DNA from: an uncultured Polaromonas sp.
Lineage (GTDB): Bacteria; Pseudomonadota; Gammaproteobacteria; Burkholderiales; Burkholderiaceae_C
Direction of reading: 5' to 3'
Assembly (NCBI GenBank): GCA_937863225.1
Contig: CALMEI010000063.1
Coordinates: 2,137-66,136, forward strand
Length of the DNA stretch: 64,000 nt
Shown here: piece after piece, positions 1 through 14,053 of the stretch
How positions within the stretch are numbered: position 1 is the stretch's first letter
How the letters are laid out: every line of letters begins with the position of its first letter
Program-made: the position numbers and the translations under genes
The notes under the pieces: generated by a model
What the model was told of the DNA's origin: nothing
Database searches by the model: none
The model's input: the letters and a program-made list of their open reading frames with translations, nothing else

Positions 1-2654
1 CGCAGATGCATGGGGCGGCGCAGGCGTTTCGGGAGCAAGCGGGACATGGTTACAACAGTGACGCTTTTGGCGCAACACCCTGCGTGTGCTTGCGCATCCC
101 CACTGGAGGCGGCAAAACCTTGTTGGCCGCGCATGCGGTGCAAGTCATGGCGCAGGAATGGCGGGCGACGGACGCGCCAGTAGCGCTGTGGTTGGTGCCC
201 AGCGATACGATTCGCAGCCAAACCCTGAAAGCCCTGCAAACCGACGGCCACCCTTACCGTGAGGCTTTGGCGGCGCATTATGGCGCGGGGGTGCGGGTGT
301 GCCTGCTTGACGACATTGCCAACATCGCCCCGCCAGACTGGGGCTTGCAGGCCGTGGTGGTGGTGGCGACGATTCAAAGCTTTCGGGTGGACGACACCGA
401 CAAACGCAATGTGTACAGCTTTTCAGAGGAGTTTGAACGCCATTTCAAGGGCGTGGACGAGCAGCGTTTGCGCGTTTTACACGGTTTGCCCAATGCGCTG
501 GTGACGGCTGAAGAGGCGGCAAGCGATACAACAGGCGTGCTGCAAGGCTTTATAGCCCAGCCGCGTTGGAGTTTGGCCAACTGGTTGGCGCTGTACGAAC
601 CGATACTGATTGTTGATGAGGCACACAACACCAAAACGGACAAGAGTTTCACGGCTTTGCAGCGACTGAACCCCAGCATCATTCTGGAGTTGACCGCCAC
701 ACCAGTGGCTGGCAAGGTCAATGTGCTGTACCACGTAAGCGCCCAAGAGCTAGCGACAGAAAGCATGGTCAAACTGCCGATTGCGCTGGCCGAGCACCCA
801 CTGGGCTGGCAGGAGGCCGTGTTTGCCGCGATACAAACGCAGCGGGCGCTGGAGGGAGAAGCACTCAAAGACGAGGCTGCTGGGAACGGCTATGTGCGCC
901 CGATTGTGCTGTTTCAGGCGCAAAACGATAACGATGAAGTGCCGCCTGAAGTTTTGCGAACTTATTTACAAAACGAGCTGCACATTCCTCCCGAGCAAAT
1001 CAAAGTTGCCACCGGTAGTACGCGGGAGCTGGATGGACTGGATTTGAGCGCACGTACAGAGCCGACGCGCTTTGTCATCACCGTACAGGCGCTGCGCGAG
1101 GGCTGGGATTGCCCGTTTGCCTATGTGCTGTGTTCGCTGCAACGGCTGTCTAGCGCCACGGCGGTGGAGCAGCTGTTGGGGCGCGTGCTGCGCATGCCTT
1201 ATGCCGCACGACGTGGGCGCGAGGCCCTGAACAAGGCTTATGCCCATGTGGTAGAGGCGAAGTTTTCCAACGCGGCGCACGAGCTGGCAGATCGGCTCAT
1301 CAACAACATGGGGTTTGAGGCGCTGGATGTGGCGTCGATGATTGTGCAACAAGGATACTTGCCACTTTTTGATGAAAACCAACCTCCAGTTGGCGTAAAA
1401 ATTGCCGATATAGCTACGAATTTTATAGCTTCATCTCCCTCACCCGAATTACTGGCTGTGGCGGGTATTGAAGTAGCCACCATTGGCGGCGAGCAGCAAG
1501 TGGTAGTAACTGGACATATTTCTCCTGAAGTTGAAACTTTGTTGCTGTCGCAGGTGCGGGGCGCTAAAAAGCAGGAGCAGGTGCGCAACAAGGTGGCGCA
1601 ACACAACGCGCTGACCAGTGCGCAGCAAGCACCCGCCTCGCGCGGCGTACCGTTTGCCCCCCTGCCGACACTGAGTTACAGACCGAGAACTGATTTGTCA
1701 GGTCAAAATCACGGCGATCAAGGTGGCCAAAGTGATTTATGGCCTTTTTACCCCCTTGAACGCGCTGCCGTGCTGGAAACGGTGGATTTGGACTTGCTCA
1801 CGCCAGAAGCTGTGCAGTTGCAGGGTTTTTTGGTGGTTGAGCAGTCCAACACATTTGAGATCTACCTCAAAGACGCGCATATCCAGATGCGTGCGGCAGA
1901 TGCGAGCCAGATTGCGTTTGACTATGGCTCTAGCACAATCAGCGCGGATGATTTGGTGCGCTGGCTAGATCAGTCGCTGTTTCAAAAACTGCCCCATTTC
2001 ACGCAAAACGAGCGTTGTAGTTATTTTGCTGCGGTGGTGAGTTACCTCATCAACGAAAAACGGCAATCCTTGGTCGGTTTGGCGAAAGCACGTTTCAAAC
2101 TCGCACAGCAAATTGAGGCGCATGTGGCTGATTTGTTCAGCAATGCAGCCAAAACGCAGTTTCGCCAACTCGTTTTAGAGCAAGCGTGGGAAATCGCAGC
2201 CGACTGGGAGCGACCCATGGTTTTTGAGCGCAACCGCTACCCTGTGCCAACGGGTTCGCGTTATAGCGGACGCTACCAGTTCAACAAGCACTTTTACCCC
2301 GTATTGGCAGATTTGAAAGATGGTGGCGAAGAGTTTGCTTGTGCTCAGCTGATCGATAGCCATCCGCTTGTTGAACAGTGGGTTCGAAACCTAGACACAC
2401 CGCCTTGTGGATTTGCATTAGCCACCTCAAAAGGTCGGTTCTACCCCGACTTTGTCGCACAACTTAAAGACGGGCGCATGGCTGTTGTGGAGTACAAGGG
2501 AGCTCACTTGGTCAATCTTCCCTACGAAATTGAAAAGCGCCAAGTGGGTGAGCTGTGGGCCAAAGTCAGCCATGGTAGGTGTCTGTTTGGTCAAATTGTG
2601 CTGCACCGAGATGGTTTAAACATGGTGCAGCAACTGGACGCACTGTTTGCTTAA
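1..2654 (+). CDS. SF2 helicase fused to a PD-(D/E)xK-like nuclease, type III restriction Res-subunit-like; 5' end probably outside the window
   Basis: ORF 6..2654 and the frame stays open to base 1. Motifs: PTGGGKT (motif I), LIVDEAHN (motif II), LELTATP (motif III), [10 protein letters not shown] (motif VI-like). C-terminal YPDFV...VVEYKG nuclease-like motif. No helicase Q-motif region before motif I, so the N-terminus is likely missing. Confidence 0.6.
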   Translation, partial: QMHGAAQAFREQAGHGYNSDAFGATPCVCLRIPTGGGKTLLAAHAVQVMAQEWRATDAPVALWLVPSDTIRSQTLKALQTDGHPYREALAAHYGAGVRVCLLDDIANIAPPDWGLQAVVVVATIQSFRVDDTDKRNVYSFSEEFERHFKGVDEQRLRVLHGLPNALVTAEEAASDTTGVLQGFIAQPRWSLANWLALYEPILIVDEAHNTKTDKSFTALQRLNPSIILELTATPVAGKVNVLYHVSAQELATESMVKLPIALAEHPLGWQEAVFAAIQTQRALEGEALKDEAAGNGYVRPIVLFQAQNDNDEVPPEVLRTYLQNELHIPPEQIKVATGSTRELDGLDLSARTEPTRFVITVQALREGWDCPFAYVLCSLQRLSSATAVEQLLGRVLRMPYAARRGREALNKAYAHVVEAKFSNAAHELADRLINNMGFEALDVASMIVQQGYLPLFDENQPPVGVKIADIATNFIASSPSPELLAVAGIEVATIGGEQQVVVTGHISPEVETLLLSQVRGAKKQEQVRNKVAQHNALTSAQQAPASRGVPFAPLPTLSYRPRTDLSGQNHGDQGGQSDLWPFYPLERAAVLETVDLDLLTPEAVQLQGFLVVEQSNTFEIYLKDAHIQMRAADASQIAFDYGSSTISADDLVRWLDQSLFQKLPHFTQNERCSYFAAVVSYLINEKRQSLVGLAKARFKLAQQIEAHVADLFSNAAKTQFRQLVLEQAWEIAADWERPMVFERNRYPVPTGSRYSGRYQFNKHFYPVLADLKDGGEEFACAQLIDSHPLVEQWVRNLDTPPCGFALATSKGRFYPDFVAQLKDGRMAVVEYKGAHLVNLPYEIEKRQVGELWAKVSHGRCLFGQIVLHRDGLNMVQQLDALFA

Positions 2655-2677
2655 TAAGTAGAAAGCCAAATATAGCC

Positions 2678-3403
2678 ATGCAAACCCAATTTCTCGGCCG
2701 TGTTGAGTACCTGCCGACTTACTTGGCCATGCAAACCTATACGGATCAGCGCAACCTACAAAATTCAGACGAAATCAGCCTCAAGCCTGCGAATTTATTG
2801 CCAAATGTGCTATGGATTTGTGAGCATGAGCCGGTTTTCACTCAAGGTTTAGCCGGCAAAACTGAACACATTTTGAATGCGGGTGACATTCCCATTGTAC
2901 AAACCAACCGTGGCGGGCAAGTGACGTACCACGGTCCTGGGCAAGTGGTGGCTTACCCCTTGATTGATTTGAAAGCCGCTGGCTTTTTTGTCAAAGGTTA
3001 TGTGTATCGATTGGAAGAAGCCATCATCCGGACTTTGGCTGATTTTGGCGTAACGGGTCACCGCGTGGCGGGTGCACCAGGCATTTATGTTCGGCTGGAT
3101 GATCCTTTTTCGCACGCCTTGTTGCCGCAAAGACCGCAAAAAAGCAACGTTGGACAAACCGCGATTGATTTCACTGGCTTGGGGAAAATTGCCGCATTGG
3201 GCATCAAAGTCAGCCGCCATTGTGCTTACCACGGCGTCGCGCTGAATGTGGCGATGGACTTAGAGCCCTTTTCACGCATCAATCCTTGCGGTTATTCTGG
3301 GCTACAGACTGTTGATCTTGCCATGCTTGGTGTATCCACCTCTTGGAATGAGGTGGCCCACGTTTTGGCGAATAAACTCAGCGCGTATTTGGCCCCTATT
3401 TAA
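2678..3403 (+). CDS. lipB: octanoyltransferase LipB
   Basis: ATG at 2678 lies inside track ORF 2579..3403 and just after the upstream stop. [13 protein letters not shown] and [10 protein letters not shown] motifs are typical of LipB. Confidence 0.9.
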   Translation: MQTQFLGRVEYLPTYLAMQTYTDQRNLQNSDEISLKPANLLPNVLWICEHEPVFTQGLAGKTEHILNAGDIPIVQTNRGGQVTYHGPGQVVAYPLIDLKAAGFFVKGYVYRLEEAIIRTLADFGVTGHRVAGAPGIYVRLDDPFSHALLPQRPQKSNVGQTAIDFTGLGKIAALGIKVSRHCAYHGVALNVAMDLEPFSRINPCGYSGLQTVDLAMLGVSTSWNEVAHVLANKLSAYLAPI

Positions 3404-3439
3404 ACGGAACTTAGCGCTTTGCCAACCTGCAAATACAGA

Positions 3440-3898
3440 TTATTTGTTCGGTTCGACTGCAGGTGCTGTGGGCACCATCATCGGGGGCAACTGGGTTTGT
3501 GCTGGTGCGGCGGTTGCGCTGACACTCATGACGTGATCAACCACATACTGTCCGGGTTCAGCATTGTCGGCATCGTAATTGTCACCGCGCCATGGTAAGG
3601 TTTTGCGGTATTGCACGTAGTGAACTTTCACTGTTTTACCGGTGGCATCACTCAACTTTTTGCTAATGACCTCGTCAACAGCTGTGAACTTAAAATTATT
3701 CGAATTGATGCTGCCACCACCGGTACGAAAGCCGGGTTGCATGATTTCGCCCTCAAACGTTTTGAACACGTTGCCTTTGCGAGAGATTTTCATCATCACA
3801 CCTTCGCGCTCGCCGTCGCTGTAAATATTGAAATAAAACCAGTAGACGTATAAAACTGGCAACAGCAAAATGATGAGAACTAAGAGTAGTTTTTTCAT
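3440..3898 (-). CDS. hypothetical membrane-anchored protein (N-terminal TM helix)
   Basis: ORF 3440..3913. The ATG at 3898 gives MKKLLLVLIILLLPVLYVYWF. No family recognised. Confidence 0.5.
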   Translation of the reverse strand: MKKLLLVLIILLLPVLYVYWFYFNIYSDGEREGVMMKISRKGNVFKTFEGEIMQPGFRTGGGSINSNNFKFTAVDEVISKKLSDATGKTVKVHYVQYRKTLPWRGDNYDADNAEPGQYVVDHVMSVSATAAPAQTQLPPMMVPTAPAVEPNK

Positions 3899-3995
3899 GG
3901 CGTTATTCTTCAAGAGTCAAAAGTAGATAAACAGAGTATACAAATCTATTGGCAGTCTGGTGACGCTTGTTCTTCTGAACGCATAAAATGATGAC

Positions 3996-4979
3996 ATGAC
4001 CACCTCCAACACCATTCGAGAAGCGCAAAGCCAGCAAGACTACAACCCTCTGGCCAAACAAAAAGCGGGCGCCAAGCTGTCACGCATTCCCGTCAAAGTG
4101 GTGCCAGGCGAAATTCTCAAAAAACCCGACTGGATTCGCGTCAAAGCAGGCTCACCGTCTACCCGCTTTTACGAAATCAAAGACGTGCTGCGAAGCAACA
4201 AGCTGGTGACCGTGTGCGAAGAAGCTTCTTGCCCCAACATTGGCGAATGTTTTGGCAAAGGCACGGCCACCTTCATGATCATGGGTGACAAATGCACCCG
4301 CCGCTGTCCCTTTTGCGATGTCGGACATGGTCGGCCAGACCCCTTGGATGCCGATGAACCTTTGAATTTGGCCAAAACCATTGCTGCACTGAAGCTCAAA
4401 TACGTGGTCATCACCAGTGTGGATCGTGACGATTTGCGCGATGGGGGCGCTCAGCATTTTGTGGACTGTATTCGAAACATTCGCGAACTTTCACCGCAGA
4501 CACAAATTGAAGTTTTGGTGCCCGACTTCAGGGGGCGTGATGACCGTGCTTTGAAAATCTTAACGACTGCGCCGCCCGATGTGATGAACCACAACTTGGA
4601 AACCGCACCGCGGCTGTATAAAGAAGCACGACCAGGCTCTGACTATTTATTCTCACTGCAACTGCTGAAAAAATTCAAAGACTTGCACCCCCATGTGCCG
4701 ACCAAAAGCGGCATCATGGTCGGCTTAGGCGAGACCGACGAAGAAGTGCTGCAAGTCATGCAAGACATGCGCAACCACAACATCGACATGCTCACCATTG
4801 GTCAATACCTCGCACCATCCAACGCGCACTTAACCGTCAAACGCTATGTGCACCCCGACACCTTCAAAATGTTCGAAACCCGTGCCTACGAGATGGGCTT
4901 TAGCCACGCCGCCGTGGGCGCCATGGTGCGTTCAAGCTACCATGCGGACGTGCAGGCCAGTAAAGCAGTCGCATCCTAG
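3996..4979 (+). CDS. lipA: lipoyl synthase LipA (radical SAM)
   Basis: [12 protein letters not shown] and [10 protein letters not shown] cysteine clusters; full-length 327 aa. Confidence 0.95.
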   Translation: MTTSNTIREAQSQQDYNPLAKQKAGAKLSRIPVKVVPGEILKKPDWIRVKAGSPSTRFYEIKDVLRSNKLVTVCEEASCPNIGECFGKGTATFMIMGDKCTRRCPFCDVGHGRPDPLDADEPLNLAKTIAALKLKYVVITSVDRDDLRDGGAQHFVDCIRNIRELSPQTQIEVLVPDFRGRDDRALKILTTAPPDVMNHNLETAPRLYKEARPGSDYLFSLQLLKKFKDLHPHVPTKSGIMVGLGETDEEVLQVMQDMRNHNIDMLTIGQYLAPSNAHLTVKRYVHPDTFKMFETRAYEMGFSHAAVGAMVRSSYHADVQASKAVAS

Positions 4980-5030
4980 CCTTTTTGAGTTGCTTTGCAG
5001 AATTTTTCGGAAAATTTTGATATCTCAGAA

Positions 5031-5432
5031 TTACAAATTAGGTCGCTCAATCAACTCTATTTTGTAACCGTCCGGGTCAGTAATGAAGGCGATCACGGTA
5101 TTTCCGCCCTTAACGGGCCCAGGCTCACGTGTGATCGCACCACCTAGGCTCGCTGCGCGCTCGCGCACGGCAGTGCAAGTGGCCACCACATCGCGCACAC
5201 CAATCGCAAGATGGCCATAGGCGTTACCCAGCTCATAGCTTTCAACGCCATGGTTATAGGTCAGCTCAATCTCGGCGTGATCGGGGTTGGTGCCATAGCC
5301 CACGAAAGCGAGCGAGTATTTTTGCTCGGGGCGTTCGGTGGTGCGCAGCAGTTGCATGCCGAGCACTTGCGTATAAAAATCAATCGCGCGCTGAAGGTTG
5401 CCAACGCGCAACATGGTATGTAGGATTCTCAT
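5031..5432 (-). CDS. gloA: lactoylglutathione lyase (glyoxalase I)
   Basis: [26 protein letters not shown]... is a typical GloA N-terminus; 133 aa. Confidence 0.85.
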   Translation of the reverse strand: MRILHTMLRVGNLQRAIDFYTQVLGMQLLRTTERPEQKYSLAFVGYGTNPDHAEIELTYNHGVESYELGNAYGHLAIGVRDVVATCTAVRERAASLGGAITREPGPVKGGNTVIAFITDPDGYKIELIERPNL

Positions 5433-5433
5433 G

Positions 5434-7002
5434 TTAAACCGTTCCTCCCACAGTCAGCCCATCAATTCGCAACGTCGGTTGCCCCACACCCACTGGCACA
5501 CTTTGCCCCTCTTTGCCGCAGGTGCCCACGCCACTGTCCAACTTCACATCGTTGCCAATCATGCTGACTTGTTTCAAGCACTCTGGCCCACTGCCAATCA
5601 GCGTGGCGCCTTTGACGGGGTATTGAATTTTGCCGTTTTCTACCCAGTACGCTTCGGAGGCTGAAAAGACAAATTTGCCGGATGTGATGTCCACCTGTCC
5701 ACCACCGAAATTACTGGCATACAGTCCTTTTTTGATGCTGGCAATCACTTCGGCAGGTTCTTTGTCGCCACCCAACATGTAAGTATTGGTCATGCGCGGC
5801 ATGGGGGTATGGGCGTAGCTTTCGCGTCGGCCATTGCCCGTCGGCTTCACGCCCATCAAGCGTGCGTTCATGCTGTCTTGGATGTACCCCTTTAGGATGC
5901 CGTCTTCAATCAGCACATTGCGTTGCGTCGGGTTGCCTTCGTCGTCCACATTCAGCGAGCCACGTCGATCAGGCAAGGTGCCGTCATCCAGCACCGTCAC
6001 GCCTTTGGCCGCGACGCGTTTGCCTATTTTGCCGCTGAAAGCGCTGGAACCTTTGCGGTTGAAATCGCCCTCCAAGCCATGACCAATCGCCTCATGCAAC
6101 AAAATGCCCGGCCAGCCTGCGCCCAGCACCACCGTCATCACACCCGCAGGTGCGGGGCGGGACTCTAAATTGGTGAGCGCTGAGTTAACGGCTTGGTTCA
6201 CATAGTCTGCTATCAGCGCATCATCAAAATAATCCATGCCGAACCGTCCACCGCCGCCAGCCGATCCCGTTTCGCGACGCAACTCGCCTTTGATGGTTTG
6301 CTCCACAATCACCATCACGCTCAAACGCACCAAAGGTCGCACATCCGCCGCCAAGACACCATTGGCGCGAGCCACCAGCACCACGTCGTGCTCGCTGGCC
6401 AAACTGGCCATAACTTGCTTGACGCGCGGATCCTTGGCTCTGGCCAGCTGCTCCACTTTTTCCAGCAACTTCACTTTGTTGGCGCTGTCTAATGAAGCAA
6501 TCGGGTCCAGCTCAGCATAGAGCGATCGGCTTTTTGCTATGTTTTTAATAGCTATCTTGGCAGATTTATTGCCGGCTACCGTCGAAATTGACCTGACAGT
6601 GCGGGCTGCATCCAAGAGCGACGGCATCGATATATCGTCGGAGTAAGCAAACGCCGTTTTCTCGCCACTGACCGCACGCACACCCACGCCTTGGTCAATG
6701 CTGAAGGTGCCTGTCTTGACGATGCCCTCTTCCAAACTCCAACCCTCTGAGCGTGTGGTTTGGAAGTACAAATCGGCATCGTCGACTTTGTGCGCCCGTA
6801 TTTCACTCAAGACTCGCGATAGGTGTGACTGCGTCAAACCAAATGGCGTGAGCAATATTTTTTTAGCAATCGCAATGCGCTGTTCGGTTGCCATTTGCAG
6901 CGGTGCAGGGCGTTTGCTGTGTCGCATGACCTGCTCAGCCGACGATTGCCCGTTGAGTGAGTGTTGCAGTGCAGGATTTGGAGTGGAGAGTCTAGATGTC
7001 AT
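5434..7002 (-). CDS. tldD: metalloprotease TldD
   Basis: [11 protein letters not shown] motif and TldD/PmbA-like sequence throughout. The start is uncertain: ATG at 7002, or ATG at 6894 giving 486 aa. Confidence 0.85.
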   Translation of the reverse strand: MTSRLSTPNPALQHSLNGQSSAEQVMRHSKRPAPLQMATEQRIAIAKKILLTPFGLTQSHLSRVLSEIRAHKVDDADLYFQTTRSEGWSLEEGIVKTGTFSIDQGVGVRAVSGEKTAFAYSDDISMPSLLDAARTVRSISTVAGNKSAKIAIKNIAKSRSLYAELDPIASLDSANKVKLLEKVEQLARAKDPRVKQVMASLASEHDVVLVARANGVLAADVRPLVRLSVMVIVEQTIKGELRRETGSAGGGGRFGMDYFDDALIADYVNQAVNSALTNLESRPAPAGVMTVVLGAGWPGILLHEAIGHGLEGDFNRKGSSAFSGKIGKRVAAKGVTVLDDGTLPDRRGSLNVDDEGNPTQRNVLIEDGILKGYIQDSMNARLMGVKPTGNGRRESYAHTPMPRMTNTYMLGGDKEPAEVIASIKKGLYASNFGGGQVDITSGKFVFSASEAYWVENGKIQYPVKGATLIGSGPECLKQVSMIGNDVKLDSGVGTCGKEGQSVPVGVGQPTLRIDGLTVGGTV

Positions 7003-7035
7003 CAACGTATTGTAGGCTTAGGGCACAATGTACGC

Positions 7036-7938
7036 ATGATTGCACGCTTACAAAAAACCACAGTCTTTGGGTATTTGGCTTTACTGGCTCTTTGGCTGCT
7101 ATGGGTTTGGCCATCTGTTTTCTTATTTGTCGCCGGCGTTGTTGCGCTGGGAACAGTGTCCGCGTTTTACTTGGGCTTGCTGTTTTTGCTGATTCACTAT
7201 TGGAACCGAACCGACCCAGCCCCCCGCGCCACCTGGTTTGAACTTGGCCGCGCATGGCTGCGCGAAGCCCGTGCTGCACAACGCGTCTTCATGTGGTGGC
7301 AACCGTTTCGCCACCAGAGCATTCCCGACCATTTAACTGACATTAACCCTCAGCAACGCGGTGTCATCTTCATTCATGGCTTCATGTGCAACCGTGGTTT
7401 TTGGATGCCATGGATGCGCGAACTGCAATCGCAGCAACGGGCTTTCATGTCCGTCAACTTGGAACCTATTTTTGGTTCGATTGACCATTACCCTGAAACC
7501 ATCGAGAACGCCATTGCCAAGGTGACCGCTGCGACAGGTCAAGCACCTACCTTGATTTGTCACAGCATGGGTGGCTTGGCTGCACGGGCATGGATGCGAG
7601 CCACGCCCAATGCCGATGCGCGGGTGCACCGCATCATCACCATCGGTACGCCGCATTCAGGCACACAACTATCCCTAGAAGTCGCCATGTTCATTGGCAA
7701 ACATGTCAACACCGTGCAGATGCGGCGGCTAGGACCTTGGGTGAGTGAATTGGCAAAAACCGAGACGCCCGAACGACGCGCCAAATTTGTGTGCTGGTAC
7801 GCCAGCTGCGACAACATCGTCGCCCCCACCTCCACTGCCATGTTGGCAGGCGCGGACAACCGCTTGGTCAAAGCACAAGGCCATGTGAGCATGGCGTTTG
7901 ATGCGCGTGTGATGCAGGACAGCTTGCAGCTTTTGTAA
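7036..7938 (+). CDS. membrane-anchored alpha/beta hydrolase (esterase/lipase family)
   Basis: ATG at 7036 inside ORF 6961..7938. Two N-terminal hydrophobic helices, VIFIHGF and CHSMGG nucleophile elbow. Confidence 0.7.
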   Translation: MIARLQKTTVFGYLALLALWLLWVWPSVFLFVAGVVALGTVSAFYLGLLFLLIHYWNRTDPAPRATWFELGRAWLREARAAQRVFMWWQPFRHQSIPDHLTDINPQQRGVIFIHGFMCNRGFWMPWMRELQSQQRAFMSVNLEPIFGSIDHYPETIENAIAKVTAATGQAPTLICHSMGGLAARAWMRATPNADARVHRIITIGTPHSGTQLSLEVAMFIGKHVNTVQMRRLGPWVSELAKTETPERRAKFVCWYASCDNIVAPTSTAMLAGADNRLVKAQGHVSMAFDARVMQDSLQLL

Positions 7939-7958
7939 TCACTTTTATCATTTGGTCT

Positions 7959-8819
7959 ATGAACAAAACCAAGCTGAAGTCTGAGAAACCAAACGATGGA
8001 TTGCGTTTGAAACTCTACACCATCATTTTCGAAGCCGATACACGTGCTGGCATGTTGTTTGACCGCTGGCTAATTGTGTTGATTTTGGCCAGCATCGCCG
8101 TGGTGCTGATGGCCAGCGTTGCCTCTTTGAATACACGTTTTGGATCCAGTTTTATTGTGTTGGAGTGGCTGTTTACGCTGCTGTTCACGGTCGAGTATGC
8201 ACTGCGACTGTATTGCTCCAAGCACCCCTTGCGTTACGCGTTGAGTTTTTACGGTTTAGTGGATTTGATTTCTATTTTGCCCACCTATTTGGCTTTGCTA
8301 TTCCCTGAAGCCCATGCGCTGATTGACGTTCGCATATTGCGACTCATGCGTATCTTGCGGATTTTTAAACTCACTGCTTATTTGGCCGAATACCAAGCTT
8401 TGGGTCATGCACTCAAAGCCAGTGCGCGCAAAATCTTGATTTTTTTGTCTGTGGTGATGATGGTGGTTTTAATCTTGGGCACACTTTTGTATGTGGTGGA
8501 AGGCCCTGAACACGGCTTTACCAGCATCCCCACTGCCATCTATTGGGCGATCTCAACCATTACAACAGTTGGTTACGGTGACATCGCTCCCAAGACGGAT
8601 TTGGGACGCTTTATTGCCTCTATCATCATGCTCATGGGCTGGGGCACCTTAGCAGTACCGACCGGCATCGTGACCAGCGAAATGACCACCCACCGCTATC
8701 GCAGTGTCGCGCAGCCGCCCACTACCCGCTCTTGCCCTGAGTGCATGAGCGAAGGCCACTTGCCTGATGCCCATTTTTGCAAAGATTGCGGTAGCGCTTT
8801 ACCCCCTTATCAAGCATAA
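7959..8819 (+). CDS. voltage-gated-type K+ channel (6TM) with C-terminal zinc-ribbon
   Basis: TTVGYGD selectivity filter, an S4-like RILRLMRILRIFK segment, and a C-terminal CPEC...CKDC motif. Confidence 0.85.
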   Translation: MNKTKLKSEKPNDGLRLKLYTIIFEADTRAGMLFDRWLIVLILASIAVVLMASVASLNTRFGSSFIVLEWLFTLLFTVEYALRLYCSKHPLRYALSFYGLVDLISILPTYLALLFPEAHALIDVRILRLMRILRIFKLTAYLAEYQALGHALKASARKILIFLSVVMMVVLILGTLLYVVEGPEHGFTSIPTAIYWAISTITTVGYGDIAPKTDLGRFIASIIMLMGWGTLAVPTGIVTSEMTTHRYRSVAQPPTTRSCPECMSEGHLPDAHFCKDCGSALPPYQA

Positions 8820-8896
8820 ACCCGCTTTGATGCGCGGAATTCAGCCCAATCCAAGTAATTGGCGTTTTATTCAGGGATAATGACTTCTTTTTCCAG

Positions 8897-8994
8897 CACC
8901 CAAGGAGCGTTGCAGCGCCAGACAACCCGGTTGGCGCAAGGCTTGGGTGGGTGTAGCGTCACAAAAGCTAGCACTGGATTGCAACGGCGCTCAC
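8897..8994 (+). promoter_or_regulatory. SAH (S-adenosylhomocysteine) riboswitch in the metH leader
   Basis: P1 is CACCCAAG (8897-8904) paired with CTTGGGTG (8942-8949). P2 is GCGCCA (8915-8920) paired with TGGCGC (8932-8937). A third hairpin lies at about 8951-8975. GGAGCGTTGC (8904-8913) pairs with GCAACGGCGCTCAC (8981-8994), matching the conserved SAH-element strings as I remember them. A T7 run follows at 8998-9004. Confidence 0.7.
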
Positions 8995-9042
8995 TGGTTT
9001 TTTTCTTGTATCTTGTGCTGTAACTGCGGCAAACCGTGCGCT

Positions 9043-11973
<2,931 letters not shown>

Positions 11974-12037
11974 GTGAGCCCATTAAGCGTCACGTTGTTA
12001 AGCGCAACTTTATCTGAGCTTGTTAAACTCGTGCACC

Positions 12038-14053
12038 ATGCGTCACCAACATACCTATAAAGTTCTTCCACAAATCCCTGTCATTGCAGCTTTGCTTGCT
12101 TTGAGTATCTACACGCTCACACGTTTGGGCTTGACGCTTTTCACGGGCTTTGATGGCACAGTTTTCAAAGGATTTGAGGCGGTGCCTTTGGCTTTATGGC
12201 CTGAGGTTTTTGTCAAAGGCTTTTGGTTTGACCTGTGCGTCATCAGCGTGTTGCTGGCACCGATTTGTTTGTATGAAGCCTTGCTGCCCAACCAATGGCG
12301 CGGCAAAACATGGCACCGCGTTTTGCGCATGGTGTGGTTTTGGTTGGCAATTGCCTTGTTGCTGTTCGGCGCGGTGGCAGAGTCGACTTTTTGGCTGGAA
12401 TTTTCGACGCGCTTTAACTTCATTGCGCTGGACTATTTGATATACACCACTGAGGTGATTGGCAATATTCGAGAGTCTTACCCGGTTGGTTGGATATTGG
12501 CAGGCATTGGTGCTGTCGCTGCCATTGTGCTCTTGTTCATCTGGTCTGCCATTCGACGTGCTGATGCACAAGGCGTGACTTGGTTACAGCGCGCCGCATT
12601 GGCTTTATTTGCTCTGGTCGTTCCTGCCACATTGATGTATTACGGCAACATTGATCAAATGGAACAGCCCCTGCTGCCGGCCTTGAGCCCCAATGTGAAT
12701 ACCAAAAACGCCTACGCCTCCGAACTTTCGGGCAATGGTTTGTTCACCATCGCCGCTGCACAACGCCGCAATGAATTGGATTACGACAAGTTTTACCGCA
12801 CCATCTCGCAACAGCAGGCCAACACCGCACTGGCCGACTTGGGCGTCAAACGCACACCTTTGGGTGACGACCTGCAAGCCAAACCCGTAACGGCCCTTCA
12901 TGCTGCGGTCACGCCCTTCAGCAGCAAACCCAAAAACGTCATTCTGATTTCGGTTGAGAGTTTGTCTGCCTCGTTCATGGACTCGTACCGTGCAGAAGGT
13001 GCAGCCCTCGGATTGACGCCTGAGCTCGACAAGCTGGCCAAAAACGGCATGAAATTTGAGCGATTGTTTGCCACAGGCACGCGCACTGTGCGTGGTTTGG
13101 AGGCTTTGTCATTGGGCACACCGCCGATACCGGGCCAAGCCATCGTGCGCCGGCCCGGTAACGAGCATTTGTCCACCATGGGCGAGCTGCTCAAGCCACA
13201 AGGTTTTGCCACTTTCTTTTTCTACGGTGGTTACGGTTATTTTGACAACATGAATGCCTATTACGCTGCCAACAATTATCACGTCGTAGACCGCACCGAT
13301 ATCCCCAAATCTGCCATTGGTTTTGAAAACGTATGGGGTGTGGCAGACGAGTATTTGTTTGACCACGTGATTCGCACATTAGACGACAAAAGCGACAAAA
13401 GCACAGGCGGCAAACCCTTCTTTGCGCAAATCATGACCACCTCTAACCACAGGCCCTACACCTACCCAGCCAACCGCATTGACATTCCGTCACCAGGTGG
13501 GCGCGAAGGTGCCGTGAAATACACAGACTACGCGATTGGCAAATTCATCAAAGACGCCTCCAAAAAGCCCTGGTTCAAAGACACGCTCTTTGTCATCGTG
13601 GCCGACCACTGCGCCTCAGCCGCCGGTAAAACGCGCTTGCCGGTTGCGGGCTACCACATTCCGGCTATTTTTTACGCGCCTGCCTTGCTCAAACCCAGTG
13701 TGTTTTCACCACTGGTGAGCCAAATCGACATTGCACCCACACTCATGGATGTGTTGGGCATGAAGGGGGTGGAGCAATTCTTTGGCCAATCTTTTTTCAG
13801 CGCGGCACCCGCTGCACAACGGGCGTTTATCAGCAACTACCAAGCTTTGGGGTATTTGAAAAACAACACCCTGACGGTGCTGCTACCCAAGCAAGAGGTT
13901 GAAAGCTTCAGCATTGCCCCTACGACCATGGCGGCCACCGCACGAGCCGTTGATCCCCTCCTGCTGAATGAAGCCATTGCCTATTACCAAACTGCGTCCA
14001 AGGCATACAAAACGGGCGCGCTGAAAGTTCACAAAACCAGCGCTGCAAAATAA
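12038..14053 (+). CDS. LTA synthase / sulfatase-family membrane protein (phosphoglycerol- or phosphoethanolamine-transferase-like)
   Basis: N-terminal multi-TM region followed by an alkaline-phosphatase-superfamily domain (ISVESLSA, TTSNHRPY, VADHC). ATG at 12038 inside ORF 12020..14053. Confidence 0.75.
   Translation: MRHQHTYKVLPQIPVIAALLALSIYTLTRLGLTLFTGFDGTVFKGFEAVPLALWPEVFVKGFWFDLCVISVLLAPICLYEALLPNQWRGKTWHRVLRMVWFWLAIALLLFGAVAESTFWLEFSTRFNFIALDYLIYTTEVIGNIRESYPVGWILAGIGAVAAIVLLFIWSAIRRADAQGVTWLQRAALALFALVVPATLMYYGNIDQMEQPLLPALSPNVNTKNAYASELSGNGLFTIAAAQRRNELDYDKFYRTISQQQANTALADLGVKRTPLGDDLQAKPVTALHAAVTPFSSKPKNVILISVESLSASFMDSYRAEGAALGLTPELDKLAKNGMKFERLFATGTRTVRGLEALSLGTPPIPGQAIVRRPGNEHLSTMGELLKPQGFATFFFYGGYGYFDNMNAYYAANNYHVVDRTDIPKSAIGFENVWGVADEYLFDHVIRTLDDKSDKSTGGKPFFAQIMTTSNHRPYTYPANRIDIPSPGGREGAVKYTDYAIGKFIKDASKKPWFKDTLFVIVADHCASAAGKTRLPVAGYHIPAIFYAPALLKPSVFSPLVSQIDIAPTLMDVLGMKGVEQFFGQSFFSAAPAAQRAFISNYQALGYLKNNTLTVLLPKQEVESFSIAPTTMAATARAVDPLLLNEAIAYYQTASKAYKTGALKVHKTSAAK

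Noticed and set aside
374-2363. Many 60-165 aa ORFs overlapping or antisense to the helicase gene. The same is seen inside metH, tldD, the CoA ligase and other large genes.
   Set aside because: They lie wholly inside long ORFs with clear family motifs. Their products are Arg/Ala/Gly/Cys-rich and look like shadow ORFs typical of moderately GC-rich DNA. I recognised no motifs in them.
4985-5045. A possible degenerate arm of the dispersed repeat after lipA (..GAGTTGCTTTGCAGAATTTTTCGGAAAATTTTGATATCTCAG..).
   Set aside because: It shows only a loose resemblance to the AT-rich arm, and the core GCCTAGAGTGCTAT is absent. This is too weak to call by eye.
8947-9042. The N-terminal 32 codons of track ORF 8947..11973 ([14 protein letters not shown]...).
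   Set aside because: This stretch overlaps the 3' half of the SAH riboswitch and the T-run. MetH homology only starts after the ATG at 9043.
13385-13402. A 9 bp tandem duplication (GACAAAAGC x2) giving DKSDKS in the sulfatase-family gene.
   Set aside because: It has only two in-frame units in a linker-like region. This is a trivial microduplication.
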